Assembly: GCA_964016885.1 (NCBI GenBank)
Contig: OZ024755.1
Location: 2,914,001-2,978,000, forward strand
DNA length: 64,000 nucleotides
Direction of reading: 5' to 3'
DNA from: Eledone cirrhosa
Taxonomy: Eukaryota
Below the pieces are notes generated by a model. The model was given only the letters and a program-made list of their open reading frames with translations. It made no database searches and had not been told where the DNA came from. Position numbers and translations under genes: made by a program. Positions 30,341 to 42,650 of the stretch are shown piece by piece (within the stretch, counting starts at the first letter, position 1; every line of letters begins with the position of its first letter).

Positions 30341-30858
30341 TGTATATTATTGATGTTGTTGTTGGTGCCGTTGCTGCTGCTGCTTGTTTTAATGACGACA
30401 TTTGTTGACGTTAGTCTTGAGGATATTGTTTGTATTTTTGTTACATTTCAGTGATGTTATTGTTGTTGTTGACAACGTGTTTGTAAGTAATGCAGCTTTT
30501 TTCTGTTCCTTCTTATTAACTATATTTTCTTAGTTGTTTTTTTTTTATATATAGATTAAATACTACGAACGAATGTAAAAAAACTTCGTGAGTAGGTTAA
30601 AGACGTTGTGAGCATGCGCAGAGTGAAACTATAGACTTTTTTTAAAAAGAAAATTGGGTGTTAAAAGCGTAGATATCAGACGGTGATATCTTTTTAACTG
30701 TGGTGTCCTTTCGTAATTTAGACTCAGAAATCAGACAAGCAAAAGCGCTACAAAAAAATTAAACAGCTACAACATTTTTTCCCCAGATATTGTAAAATTG
30801 GTTTGGCAACGCTATCGTTTATTGCTTCTTTTTTTTTTATCTTTCGACGTTTTTTTCT

Positions 30859-30896
<38 letters not shown>

Positions 30897-31034
30897 TGTG
30901 AAAAACTTTATTTTGTCATTATCGAATATCTAAATTATAATTTATTATAGAGGCACAATGTAACACACACACATATATACAGATGTGGAGACAGTTGAAT
31001 CGATTCTCGTAATTGACTGGTTGAGTGGGGAGAG

Positions 31035-31185
31035 ATTATGGCAAATTTGTTACAGCATCGGGCTAAATTCTTTACGGAATATAGTTCTAACTGTTTATAT
31101 ACTGAGTTCGAAATCCCGCTGAGGTCAACTTTGGCATTTATGCTTCCTTCCTTGATAACATAGCGTATCAGTTATACACTGGTCG
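31035..31185 (+). mobile_element. Degenerate SINE copy
   Basis: ctgagttcgaaatcccgctgaggtcaactttggcattt. Confidence 0.65.
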
Positions 31186-31441
31186 ATTACTTGCGCCACA
31201 CTAACTTTGATATGTAAAATAGGAGGGGTTGGTGTGTATTCTAATTGTTTGTGTATGAGTGCCCCCCCCCAAAAAAAAAACAACCATATCATTTGCTTTA
31301 TACATGTGCACATCGTCTATCTATTCATATTTGTTTCCTTTTAATAGTTTTCACTCTCTTTTTCTATATATGATTCTATCTATGTAGATACCTATAGAAA
31401 ACGACGAATACGTTATTTTTAAGGTAGCGAGTTCGCGCATG

Positions 31442-31478
<37 letters not shown>

Positions 31479-32587
31479 GTATATTCTTTATCCAAATATT
31501 ACTATGAACAATAAAGTAACTTATATTATTTTCAGATATATTTGAACTATTGATTAAACACGTATAGACGTAGTTTTATATCTGTGTAGGTATCTGCATG
31601 TGTTCTGATTTGTGTACAAATGTATCAGCCGGCTCACAATCAGCCTGGTGTAAAGCATTGTTTCCCTATATATTTCTTCAAAGAGGTTGCCTGTTGGAAA
31701 CGTCAGATGTTACCTCAGCTTTAGGCATACCAAACATTAACCGACTTTAAGAATGTTTCTAACACATTCTTCCCGCTTCTGTGTGAATTTATGCATTTAT
31801 TTATGCATGCATGTGTGTATTTATGTATGTATTCATGCATGCATGTGTGTATTTATGTATGTATTCATGTCTGTATGGATAAGCAATGGATTTATGTAAT
31901 CCTAAACATACAGACTCATAGCGCAAACTCACACACAACTCATACGAAAAGACACATACACATACATACACACATGACAAAATACATCTCATAAGGAACG
32001 AACCCAAGTAAACAAATATGAAAAGTGACACACACACAAACGTCAGAACTAGACACACAGACAAAGCATATATATAGGGAGGAAATGGAGACATACACTT
32101 AATCCAGTTTAACAATTGGGAACAGATTTTATTTCTTCTTTATCTCTTTGGAGGCGTGTGTGGTATAATGGCTAGATTGTTTAGTAGTAAGTAGTGTTAT
32201 TTAACAAGACATCATTTCAATTTGATCTAGGCCGCTTAGTTAACTAAATATTGAGTTGTACCTGTAAATAGGGTTCGATTTAGAATTTGGGAAGCGTGGA
32301 GCACTTCAGGTTTGGAGAGCTCCTCATACACAAAAAATTAGATTCATTGTACCACTGTTCTTTTGTACTTTGTTCCGTTTTTATTTATTGAGTTCACTAA
32401 TGTAACATTTAATTTAATAGGTTATATACATATTGATTCCAGAGTTATATAGATATTGGTCAATAGAGATCGAAATTTGAGCTGATTAATCGTGAAACGC
32501 ACGTCACACGTGTATATCTGTAAAGAAAATTTGACACCTAGTTCATTCTTATTATTAATATGTGGATCACTGAGTTCGAATGTGCCA

Positions 32588-32703
32588 TTCTGAGTTCGAA
32601 TCCCGCCGAGGTTAACTTTGCCTTTCATCCTTACGGGGTAGATAAAATAAAGTACCAGTAATGCACTGGGTAATTGCTGGCTTTGTGCCAAAAGTAGAAA
32701 CAA
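32588..32703 (+). mobile_element. SINE copy, 5'-truncated
   Basis: SINE core match. Confidence 0.85.
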
Positions 32704-32713
32704 TTATTAATAT

Positions 32714-32810
32714 GACACTCTGCTTAGTACAACTCCAAAGTACATACTGGAAACTATGCATAGAGTGCTAAATATGGTGAACCAACATAATTTGATCTTA
32801 CAATGCCTGT
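32714..32810 (+). mobile_element. 3' end of TA-associated element family I
   Basis: CACTC-tgc-t-tagt..acta-t-gca-TA-GAGTGCT, then atggtgaacc. A second copy lies at 55995-56062. Confidence 0.6.
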
Positions 32811-32813
32811 ATA

Positions 32814-33244
32814 TATCATAAAATAACAGGAGGCTGGACTGGTGTAATTCCTTAAAAGGTTTATTATACTATGATCATTTCAATGCCCGGGTTCAGTATG
32901 AATCCGGTGACATCATCAGGTATTCGAAATATAACAAAGGAATATAATAGACAAAATCCATGGGGCTGAAAATCAGAGACATGAGGGCGACCGAACATTT
33001 AGCAGCTTCTACCCCGGTCGGCCGCCCTAACCCGGTCATTGAAATGATCATAGTATAATAAACCTTTTAAGGAATTACACCAGTCCAGCCTCCTGTTATT
33101 TTATGATAATTAACTCCGTACTCGCGCCACCAACAACACAAACGAAGACGGGTGAGTTGCATTACGTTGAGTGCTCTCCATAATATTACATCGAGGTTGA
33201 CCATACGGAATGACCAGTTCTATCCAGTGGTGAACCTGCAAACC

Positions 33245-33249
<5 letters not shown>
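32814..33249 (+). mobile_element. Family D element with 80-bp inverted arms and a hammerhead
   Basis: Arms at 32814-32892 and 33029-33108. 3' hairpin ACTC-CGTA...TACG-TT-GAGTGCTC at 33113-33176, then gtggtgaacc. Ends in (TA)n. Confidence 0.8.
32866..32923 (-). ncRNA. Type-I hammerhead ribozyme
   Basis: auac-CUGAUGA-ugucaccggauucauacugaacccgggcauu-GAAA-ugauca-UA|guau. Stem III is the palindrome AUGAUCAU. Confidence 0.75.
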
Positions 33250-33297
<48 letters not shown>

Positions 33298-33944
33298 GTA
33301 TATATGTATATATATATAGAAAGAGAGAGAGAGAAAGAAAGAGAGAGAGAGAGATTGGTATTGATAGATAGATATGTGTGTGAGGATATATACATACATA
33401 TATATGTCTCTGTGTATGGATGTGTGTATATCATTACACAAACACTGCCCTTATATACATGTGTGTATTTCTTTGTTTGCATTTATATACATTTATGTTG
33501 TTTTGTGTGCATTGTTATATTATCATGTATAAACATGATCATCAATACACATAGAAGACATATGTAAACACTCTGTCACACACACACACACACACACACA
33601 CACAGATACATACACACACTCACACACATATATATATATATAGAGAGAGTGAGAGAATGAGGTGTGTATATATCCCCTCTAGTCAAACCGGAGACATTTC
33701 TATTGATCAATCCTCGCCAGTGTGTATGAGGTGAGGTGTGCTGTGTTATATACTTTCAATATGAATCATAACACAGCAAGACAGCAACAACTTGCCCAGT
33801 CTTGTATTGGTAAGGTGAACTACACAATATGTCTGAACATACAGATAATATAATATCATGTGTCTCATACGCAAACCTCACACTCACTCAATTTATCTCT
33901 TTCCACTTTCAACCTTTCGCTTTCTCTTCCCCACTCTCTCTTTG

Positions 33945-33989
<45 letters not shown>

Positions 33990-34019
33990 GTTTGTGTATG
34001 AAGGTACGTAACTTAATAC

Positions 34020-34270
34020 TTAAGGTCGTTAGTTTGATTCGCGGCATCTTGTGCCATTGAGCAAGACACTTTATTTCCATTTGCTTCACTACATTCATCT
34101 GACAAAAAGGTGTTGTTACGCTACGCTAAGTTAACAGCCTTTTGCAGACTGTGTACCGTATTTGAATCTCCCTGAGAACTACTCTAAGTATGCACGCGTT
34201 TGTGGAATTCTCAGTCCTTTACACGTTCATTTGTGGAACAGGCAGGCCCATTGCTTAAATTAATGGATGT
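34020..34270 (+). mobile_element. tRNA-derived SINE (second family), degenerate
   Basis: ggtcgttagtttgattcgcgg (B-box-like) followed by ttgtgccattgagcaagacacttta. A similar head lies at 36030-36130. Confidence 0.55.
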
Positions 34271-34999
34271 CATTTTCATACATACATACATACATACATT
34301 CATTTCAACTCTTATAAAAATAACTGCATTGTTTCTTTCCAAAGACTATGTCGAAAAATAAACCTCATTTAGTTATTCCATGAGAGTATTTTGGTCAGCT
34401 TATGAACCGTTCAGCCTATTTAATCCGACTTAAGATTTAAACAATTACTTTAAATCACTGAAAGTTATTTTTTCATTATCCAATGTTTCATATACTTAAA
34501 TATTCAAAGCATTCTATAGCTAAATATTTTTATGGCTTCCTTATCAGTTAATTTTATCCCATTATTTTCTACAAACTATCTTGGACATTATTAAAACTTC
34601 ACGCTTGTAAATCCCAAATTCCTATCCCATATTTCTCTTTATCTCGTAAAATCACTGTTTCTAGTAAAGTGTCTATTTGATCTTCTTTCTCAGCAAACAG
34701 ATTCAAGTCAGATATTAAAAGAAAGATTTCTACACTGTGCTATCTAGTTTCAATAATATATACTCATCCCTTACTATTTTCAGCAATATTTAAAGTATAT
34801 ATGATATATATATATATATATAAAGTGTGTGGATGAGTGGGTGTGTGTGATAGGATACACGGATGAAGACATTACCCCAACAATCTTCAGTTTGTATCTT
34901 AATGCATCTTAACATCTCTCCGGAAAGGTTTCCTGCCAATCAAATTTTATTTTAAATTATTTACATATATAAATTCGTGTTTGAAGCCAAATATAATTC

Positions 35000-35153
35000 C
35001 TGATTCACGTCTGTATTCGGAGCATCGTGAGCTTTGACCGAGGACCCTGCGAATACTCAATCAAGGCTCTAGAGTAAGAAAACTGAAGGCTCGCTTTGAT
35101 ATTAATATCTGCAATGTTATTGAGTACTCATTCTAGTTAATCCGACACAAGCG
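35000..35153 (+). mobile_element. Probable element 3' end with the shared hairpin
   Basis: GCTC-tag...tta-TT-GAGTACTC at 35066-35129, ending at tatatat. Confidence 0.4.
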
Positions 35154-35162
35154 TATATATTA

Positions 35163-35372
35163 TTTCCTGGGTGTGTAGTTGTAATCACTAAAGGAAGAGC
35201 ACTCAATATGTAATCATAGAGGTAAATATACTATATTCTATAAGATACATGGCGGACTGGCGTATAGCTTCCTAGCTAGTCGAAGATTCCCGAAACAAGA
35301 TCACTTTCCTTCAGGAAACTCCGAATTCCTAGCAAGGTGTACGGCAATTTGTCATGTATTTTACATAATCTA
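35163..35372 (-). mobile_element. TA-embedded element with a degenerate hammerhead and the shared 3' hairpin
   Basis: Minus strand gtttc-CTGAAGG...cttc-gactagcta-ggaagc (GAAA eroded), then CTC-tatg-atta-cata-TT-GAGTGCTC at 35221-35197. Confidence 0.55.
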
Positions 35373-35413
35373 GTATATATATGTATATATATATATATAT
35401 ATGTATATATATG

Positions 35414-35471
<58 letters not shown>

Positions 35472-35480
35472 TATATTTAT

Positions 35481-35659
35481 ATCGGCAGTATCGGTAGAGC
35501 GTCGGACACCATGCTTTGAAGCATAGAGTTACGTCCCTTTATGATCTGAGTACAAATCCCGCCGAGGCTAACTTTGCCTTTCATCCTTACTGGGTCGATA
35601 AAATAAAGTACCAGTAATACATTGGGTAATTGCTGGCCTTGCGCCAAAAGTAGAAACAA
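35481..35659 (+). mobile_element. SINE copy, near full length
   Basis: SINE core match including the 5' part ggcagtatcggtagagcgtcggac. Confidence 0.88.
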
Positions 35660-35671
35660 TTATATATATAT

Positions 35672-35702
<31 letters not shown>

Positions 35703-36359
35703 TATACTACTTGTAATTATCTCTCTCAATATAGACTGCCTTATTACGAGACACAACCTGTGTTTAAGAAGGCAACTGTAATAATTATTTGATTGTAGCG
35801 CCTTAAGTATTCATTCTAGGATTATTTCTCTGACACAGAAATTATCATTTAATTGTCTAATTATTCACGTGTAATTAGTAATCGTTGTCTTTTAAGCGAA
35901 TGTTATTATATAATAGACATCTGAGAAACATTTTATGCAATTCAATGGCACAATATTCGGATAATTAAAGCCTCACATAATGGTTCAAGCGTAAAGATCT
36001 GGAGATTGTATTCAATCTATTGGTAAGGCTGTTGACCGTACGATTATAATGTCATGGGTTCGATTCCTGGGCTGAATGCTGTGTTGTGTTGTGTTGTGTT
36101 TTTGAGCGAAACACTTCATTTCCCGTTGCTCCCTCATCTTGTGGGCAGCCATCTTTCAGATTTTGCGGAGTAAATCAGCAGCGCAGGGAGCAAGTATATT
36201 TAAGAAAGACATTTGAAATTGTGAAGGGCAGGGCATAAAAACTAGAGTAAATGAAGAGATTGCTGAAGGAGAAAAACAAAATGACAAGCACTACAAAGTA
36301 TGTGATAATCGTAAAATCTAACACGTGATCTCTCTCTCTCTCTCTCTCTATCTCTTTCA

Positions 36360-36424
<65 letters not shown>

Positions 36425-36435
36425 CAACGCTCGCT

Positions 36436-36468
<33 letters not shown>

Positions 36469-36605
36469 CTTTGAAGGGAATATTGATTAATGACAAATAT
36501 TTGAATAACATTAAGTGGTCAAACTCCTCACAGCCCTAAATATCAGGCCATCTTCAACTGCAAGGCTTCATATGGAGATATATATATGGATATATATATA
36601 TATAT

Positions 36606-36665
<60 letters not shown>

Positions 36666-36820
36666 TGAAAATAAAAGTACATATACTTATGAACGTTTAT
36701 TCATGTTCGTATATATATATATATATATATAATGAACTTACAAGTGCTAGATACGTATGAGCGACCACAAGCATACGGACACCCACATATATCCATTATA
36801 TATATATATTGATATTTATT

Positions 36821-36856
<36 letters not shown>

Positions 36857-36943
36857 CAAAAAAGCAAGCAAGCACATGACAAAGCATATAGAGTTAAACC
36901 AATTGAGCGTTTATTTAATAAATGGCTAATATGTGTTTATATT

Positions 36944-36981
<38 letters not shown>

Positions 36982-37119
36982 GTGTGTGTATGATGTGTGA
37001 GAGGGATTGTGTGTGCAAGTGTATATGTATGTATATATATATATATATATATGTGTGCGTGTGTGTTTGTTTGTGTGTTTGTTTGTGAGAGAGATGGGAG
37101 AGGGAGAGATATAGTGCGT

Positions 37120-37231
<112 letters not shown>

Positions 37232-37409
37232 ACGCCCAACCGACAATTCATAAAGTCACATATCGATTTCTTCTTTAGTAGATATCCAGAACGGCAATAA
37301 TATTTACTATCCGTCTTTTCCTTGGAGAGAGAGATCGAAACTGGCTATTGAACGGTGTGTGCAGTGGTGCATAACTTGTGAAATTTAACAGACAGTGCTA
37401 ACACTAACA

Positions 37410-37880
37410 ACACCATCAATAGCCCGTCTACTTCCATTACTAAAAGCAGCAACAACAATCCCAACAACGACACCAATAGCTGCAACAACAACACCAACAC
37501 TACCAACAACACCAACACCAATCACACCACAAACAACATCACCAACACCACCAACAACACCAATCACACCACAAACAACATCACCAACAACACTACCAAC
37601 AACACTACCAACAACACTACCAACAAGACCAATTACACCACCAACAACACCTACCACACCAACAACACCAATCACACCACCAACACCACCAACACCACCA
37701 ACAACACCAACAAAACCAACAACACCAATCACACCAACAACACCATCAACAACACCAACACACTAATCACACCAACAACAATCCCAACACCACCAACAAC
37801 AACAGCACAAACACCAATCGCAATAACAACAACAACAACACCAACAACACCACCAGCAACACCACCAACAACAACACCAA
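37410..37880. repeat. (ACA/CCA)n low-complexity region
   Basis: caccaacaa-type modules. Confidence 0.85.
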
Positions 37881-38107
37881 CAAACATAAGGTGCTACTGG
37901 AAAACAACTCGAGAATCAATATGTTTTCTATGAAAGGTAAAAAAAATAAAAGCAGGTAAATGGCGTTATCAAACGTTCTAGAGATGAAAGTTGTAAAGAA
38001 CGCCCGCAATATGTATAATGCATGCATACATTAATGCAGTGGCTTCTGTAGGCGTGTGTACTGTGCGTGCACTTTACAACATTCACGCATAATACATATA
38101 GACAGAT

Positions 38108-38214
38108 ATTCTAGTCCTGTAGAAGTCTTTTCTATATATAATAAAGAGGGATCTAGTCAACCAACGTATTAAGTACTTTTGGAAACTGTGGTTGTACCAC
38201 GACACTACTCGGGA

Positions 38215-38217
<3 letters not shown>
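38108..38217 (+). mobile_element. Family B-related fragment
   Basis: ttctagtcctgtagaagtctttctata...gtattaagtac...ctgtggttgtacc. Confidence 0.55.
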
Positions 38218-38270
<53 letters not shown>

Positions 38271-38391
38271 GTTCTCGGTATAGTGAACTAACTGTAGTGT
38301 TACCACTCCTACCAAACTCGTCCCATGGACTGAGTGCTCTACCACTACGGATATTACCTTCCAGTGTTCTACCCCCCCCCCCCTCTCTCTC

Positions 38392-38436
<45 letters not shown>

Positions 38437-38441
38437 ATATA

Positions 38442-38770
38442 GTGACGAAACATAAGTCAATTGCATGAACTCATAATCCTTTACTTACTGCTATATATAT
38501 TTCGATGATAGCCATTGAATGGCTATGACCTCATCAGGCAGTTAGTAAGTTCTTAGATATGCCAGCTGTGTTTATAGTGTTGGTGGTATCAGAGCCTTGA
38601 AACATATGAGATTGTTAGGAATAATTTAATGTTGTCAGCAGGAATAGTCTTAATTCTCATTGGTCAGTTTGTAGATGCTAGTAGGGTTGGTATTTGACCT
38701 CAAAGAGGCAGGTGGTGTTGTAAAGTTCAAACCGTCGTCAGGCAAGATGACAATAGTTCCATATGACTGT
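38442..38770 (-). mobile_element. Probable 3' end (pseudo-LTR) of a Penelope-like element in (TA)n
   Basis: Unique sequence bounded by TA tracts, with the hammerhead about 40 nt from its 3' end. Confidence 0.55.
38481..38548 (-). ncRNA. Type-I hammerhead ribozyme with long stem I
   Basis: uuacuaacugc-CUGAUGA-ggucauagccau-uca-auggcuaucauc-GAAA-uauaua-UA|gcaguaaguaa. Stem I pairs at 10 of 11 positions and stem II has an 8-bp core. Confidence 0.85.
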
Positions 38771-39170
38771 ATATATATAATAAACGTAATGAAGGCTTAA
38801 CAAATCGTCCTTGTATTATTATTGGCAGAATCGGTAGAGGGTCGAACGCCATGTTTTCCAGCGTAGTTACCTCCCTTTACGGTCTAAGTTCAAGTCCCAG
38901 GGTGGTGACGGCAGTGGTGGTGGGGGTTACTTCTGTAAGAGATATATAAGAATATTAGAGGTTTGGTGGATGTGGAAAGCGTGTTGGGGAGTCTACATTG
39001 AATAAAGTACCCAGATCGATATCTTACTTCGTCAATAAGCATAAGGAGGAGGAGAGGGAGAAGAAGGAGGGAGAGACAGAGATGAGGGAGAAAGTAAAAG
39101 CAAAAAAGAAGGCATATATGGTTTAGTTGTGTGAATATGTGTGTGTGTGTGCAATATAGTATATACATTA

Positions 39171-39179
<9 letters not shown>

Positions 39180-39202
<23 letters not shown>

Positions 39203-39229
39203 ATATATATATATGTATATATATATATA

Positions 39230-39296
<67 letters not shown>

Positions 39297-39347
39297 GTGT
39301 ATATGTGTATATATATATATGTGTATATGTGTATATATATATATATA

Positions 39348-39444
<97 letters not shown>

Positions 39445-39555
39445 GTGTATATGTGTATATATATATATATATGTGTATATGTGTATATATATATATATAT
39501 GTGTATATGTGTATATATATATATATATGTGTATATGTGTATATATATATATATA

Positions 39556-39586
<31 letters not shown>

Positions 39587-39649
39587 GTGTATATATGTAT
39601 ATATATATATATATGTGTGTGTATATGTGTATGTATATATATATATATA

Positions 39650-39720
<71 letters not shown>

Positions 39721-39747
39721 GTGTATATGTGTATATATATATATATA

Positions 39748-39780
<33 letters not shown>

Positions 39781-39807
39781 GTGTGTATATGTGTATATAT
39801 ATATATA

Positions 39808-39874
<67 letters not shown>

Positions 39875-39971
39875 GTGTGTATATGAGTATATATATATAT
39901 ATGTGTGTATATGAGTATATATATATATATGTGTGTATATGAGTATATATATATATATGTGTGTATATGAG

Positions 39972-40003
<32 letters not shown>

Positions 40004-40339
40004 AATATATATATGTGTGTGTATATATATATATGTGTGTGTGTGTGAATATATATATGTGTGTGTGTGTATATATGTGTATATATATATGTGTATATAT
40101 ATATGTGTATATATATATGTGTATATATATATGTGTGTCTGTGTATATATATATGTGTATATATATGTGTATATATATATGTGTGTCTGTGTATATATAT
40201 GTGTGTGTATATATATGTGTCTATATATATGTGTGTCTATATATATATGTGTCTATATATATGTGTCTATATATATATGTGTATATATATGTGTGTATAT
40301 ATATATATGTGTGTGTGTATATATATGTGTGTGTATGTA

Positions 40340-40372
<33 letters not shown>

Positions 40373-40513
40373 GGATATATATGTATATATATATATATGT
40401 ATATTTATATATGTATATATATGTATATTTTTATATGTATATATATGTATATTTATATATGTATATATATGTATATATGTATATATATATATATGTATAT
40501 ATGTATATGCATA

Positions 40514-40564
<51 letters not shown>

Positions 40565-40807
40565 ATATATATATATATGTGTGTGTGAGTGCGGGGTGTA
40601 TGAGTATATCTGTGTGTGTGTGGGGGGGGGGGGTTACACAGAATAAGAGAATAAAACTATGAGTGAGAACGAGGGATAAGAATAACAGACTGCAAGGGAT
40701 GGAGAAGGGGGTGTGGTTCTGAAGATTAGAAAGGGCCATCAGACTGAGCCTGTGGGAATCAAAATAGTAACACTGACAAACACATACCTATTTTATATAT
40801 GTATATA

Positions 40808-40900
<93 letters not shown>

Positions 40901-41024
40901 ATATATATATATATACACATATATATACACATATATATACACATATATATATATATACATATATATATACACATATATACACACATATATATACACATAT
41001 ATACATCTATATATACACACACAA

Positions 41025-41055
<31 letters not shown>

Positions 41056-41060
41056 CACTG
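39180..41060. repeat. (TA)n/(TG)n compound microsatellite field
   Basis: Units such as gtgtatatgtg(ta)k. Confidence 0.95.
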
Positions 41061-41193
41061 GTGTATCTGTAAGATGGAGAAATACGAAGTCTAATATATG
41101 AAGTGCCATGACTGACACGCTAACTGGATTATTAGCAATAAATCTAATAGCTTAGATTTAAATGACTCTTACAGTGAGAGAGATTAAAATATG

Positions 41194-42350
41194 CATTCTC
41201 ACATATAACCACACTCACACATACTTAATACTGTATATACACATACATAGTACCATTCTCACATATAACCACACTCACACATACTTAATACTGTATATAC
41301 ACATACATAGTACCATTCTCACATATAACCACACTCACACATACTTAATACTGTATATACACATACATAGCACCATTCTCACATATAACCACACTCACAC
41401 ATACTTAATACTGTATATACACATACATAGCACCATTCTCACATATAACCACACTCACACATACTTAATACTGTATATACACATACATAGTACCATTCTC
41501 ACATATAACCACACTCACACATACTTAATACTGTATATACACATACATAGCACCATTCTCACATATAACCACACTCACACATACTTAATACTGTATATAC
41601 ACATACATAGCACCATTCTCACATATAACCACACTCACACATACTTTATACTGTATATACACATACATAGCACCATTCTCACATATAACCACACTCACAC
41701 ATACTTAATACTGTATATACACATACATAGTACGATTCTCACATATAACCACACTCACACCTACTTAATACTGTATATACACATACATAGTACCATTCTC
41801 ACATATAACCACACTCACACATACTTAATACTGTATATACACATACATAGTACGATTCTCACATATAACCACACTCACACCTACTTAATACTGTATATAC
41901 ACATACATAGTACCATTCTCACATATAACCACACTCACACATACTTAATACTGTATATACACATACATAGCACCATTCTCACATATAACCACACTCACAC
42001 ATACTTTATACTGTATATACACATACATAGCACCATTCTCACATATAACCACACTCACACATACTTAATACTGTATATACACATACATAGCACCATTCTC
42101 ACATATAACCACACTCACACCTACTTAATACTGTATATACACATACATAGTACCATTCTCACATATAACCACACTCACACATACTTAATACTGTATATAC
42201 ACATACATAGTACCATTCTCACATATAACCACTCAGACACATACTAAACACTGCATATACACTTACACTGTGCTATTAACACACATATAACCACACTCAC
42301 ACATATTGTCGTACATATACACAGGTATTGTACAATTCTCACACAAAACG
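41194..42350. repeat. 60-bp minisatellite, about 17.5 near-perfect plus about 2 degenerate copies
   Basis: Unit cattctcacatataaccacactcacacatacttaatactgtatatacacatacatag(t/c)ac. Confidence 0.97.
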
Positions 42351-42650
42351 ACACACTAGCCAATACGTATACTGTACTAAGTAGAAATAGAATTATTTAG
42401 AAATATTAAATAGCTGAGCAACGTTATGTACTGGAACAATATGAAATAAAGTAACTTGCTCAAGGATACAACGTGTATTACCCTAATTCGTAATGTCATT
42501 AGGAATGACATTATTCTTTATATTTGTCCGTTTTCTGCGAGCGATGGATAATATTTTAGAAATATGTAGGTGAGATATGTTGAGCACAAGGACGGAGTAG
42601 GAAGCTTTCTCTCAGTTTCTAGGTGTGCTGGGTGATCGTCTTTGCAAGAA

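Noticed and set aside
37395-37766. Pro/Thr-rich mucin-like ORF (similarly 19713-20452)
   Set aside because: Low-complexity (ACA/CCA)n sequence with no supporting splice or domain evidence.
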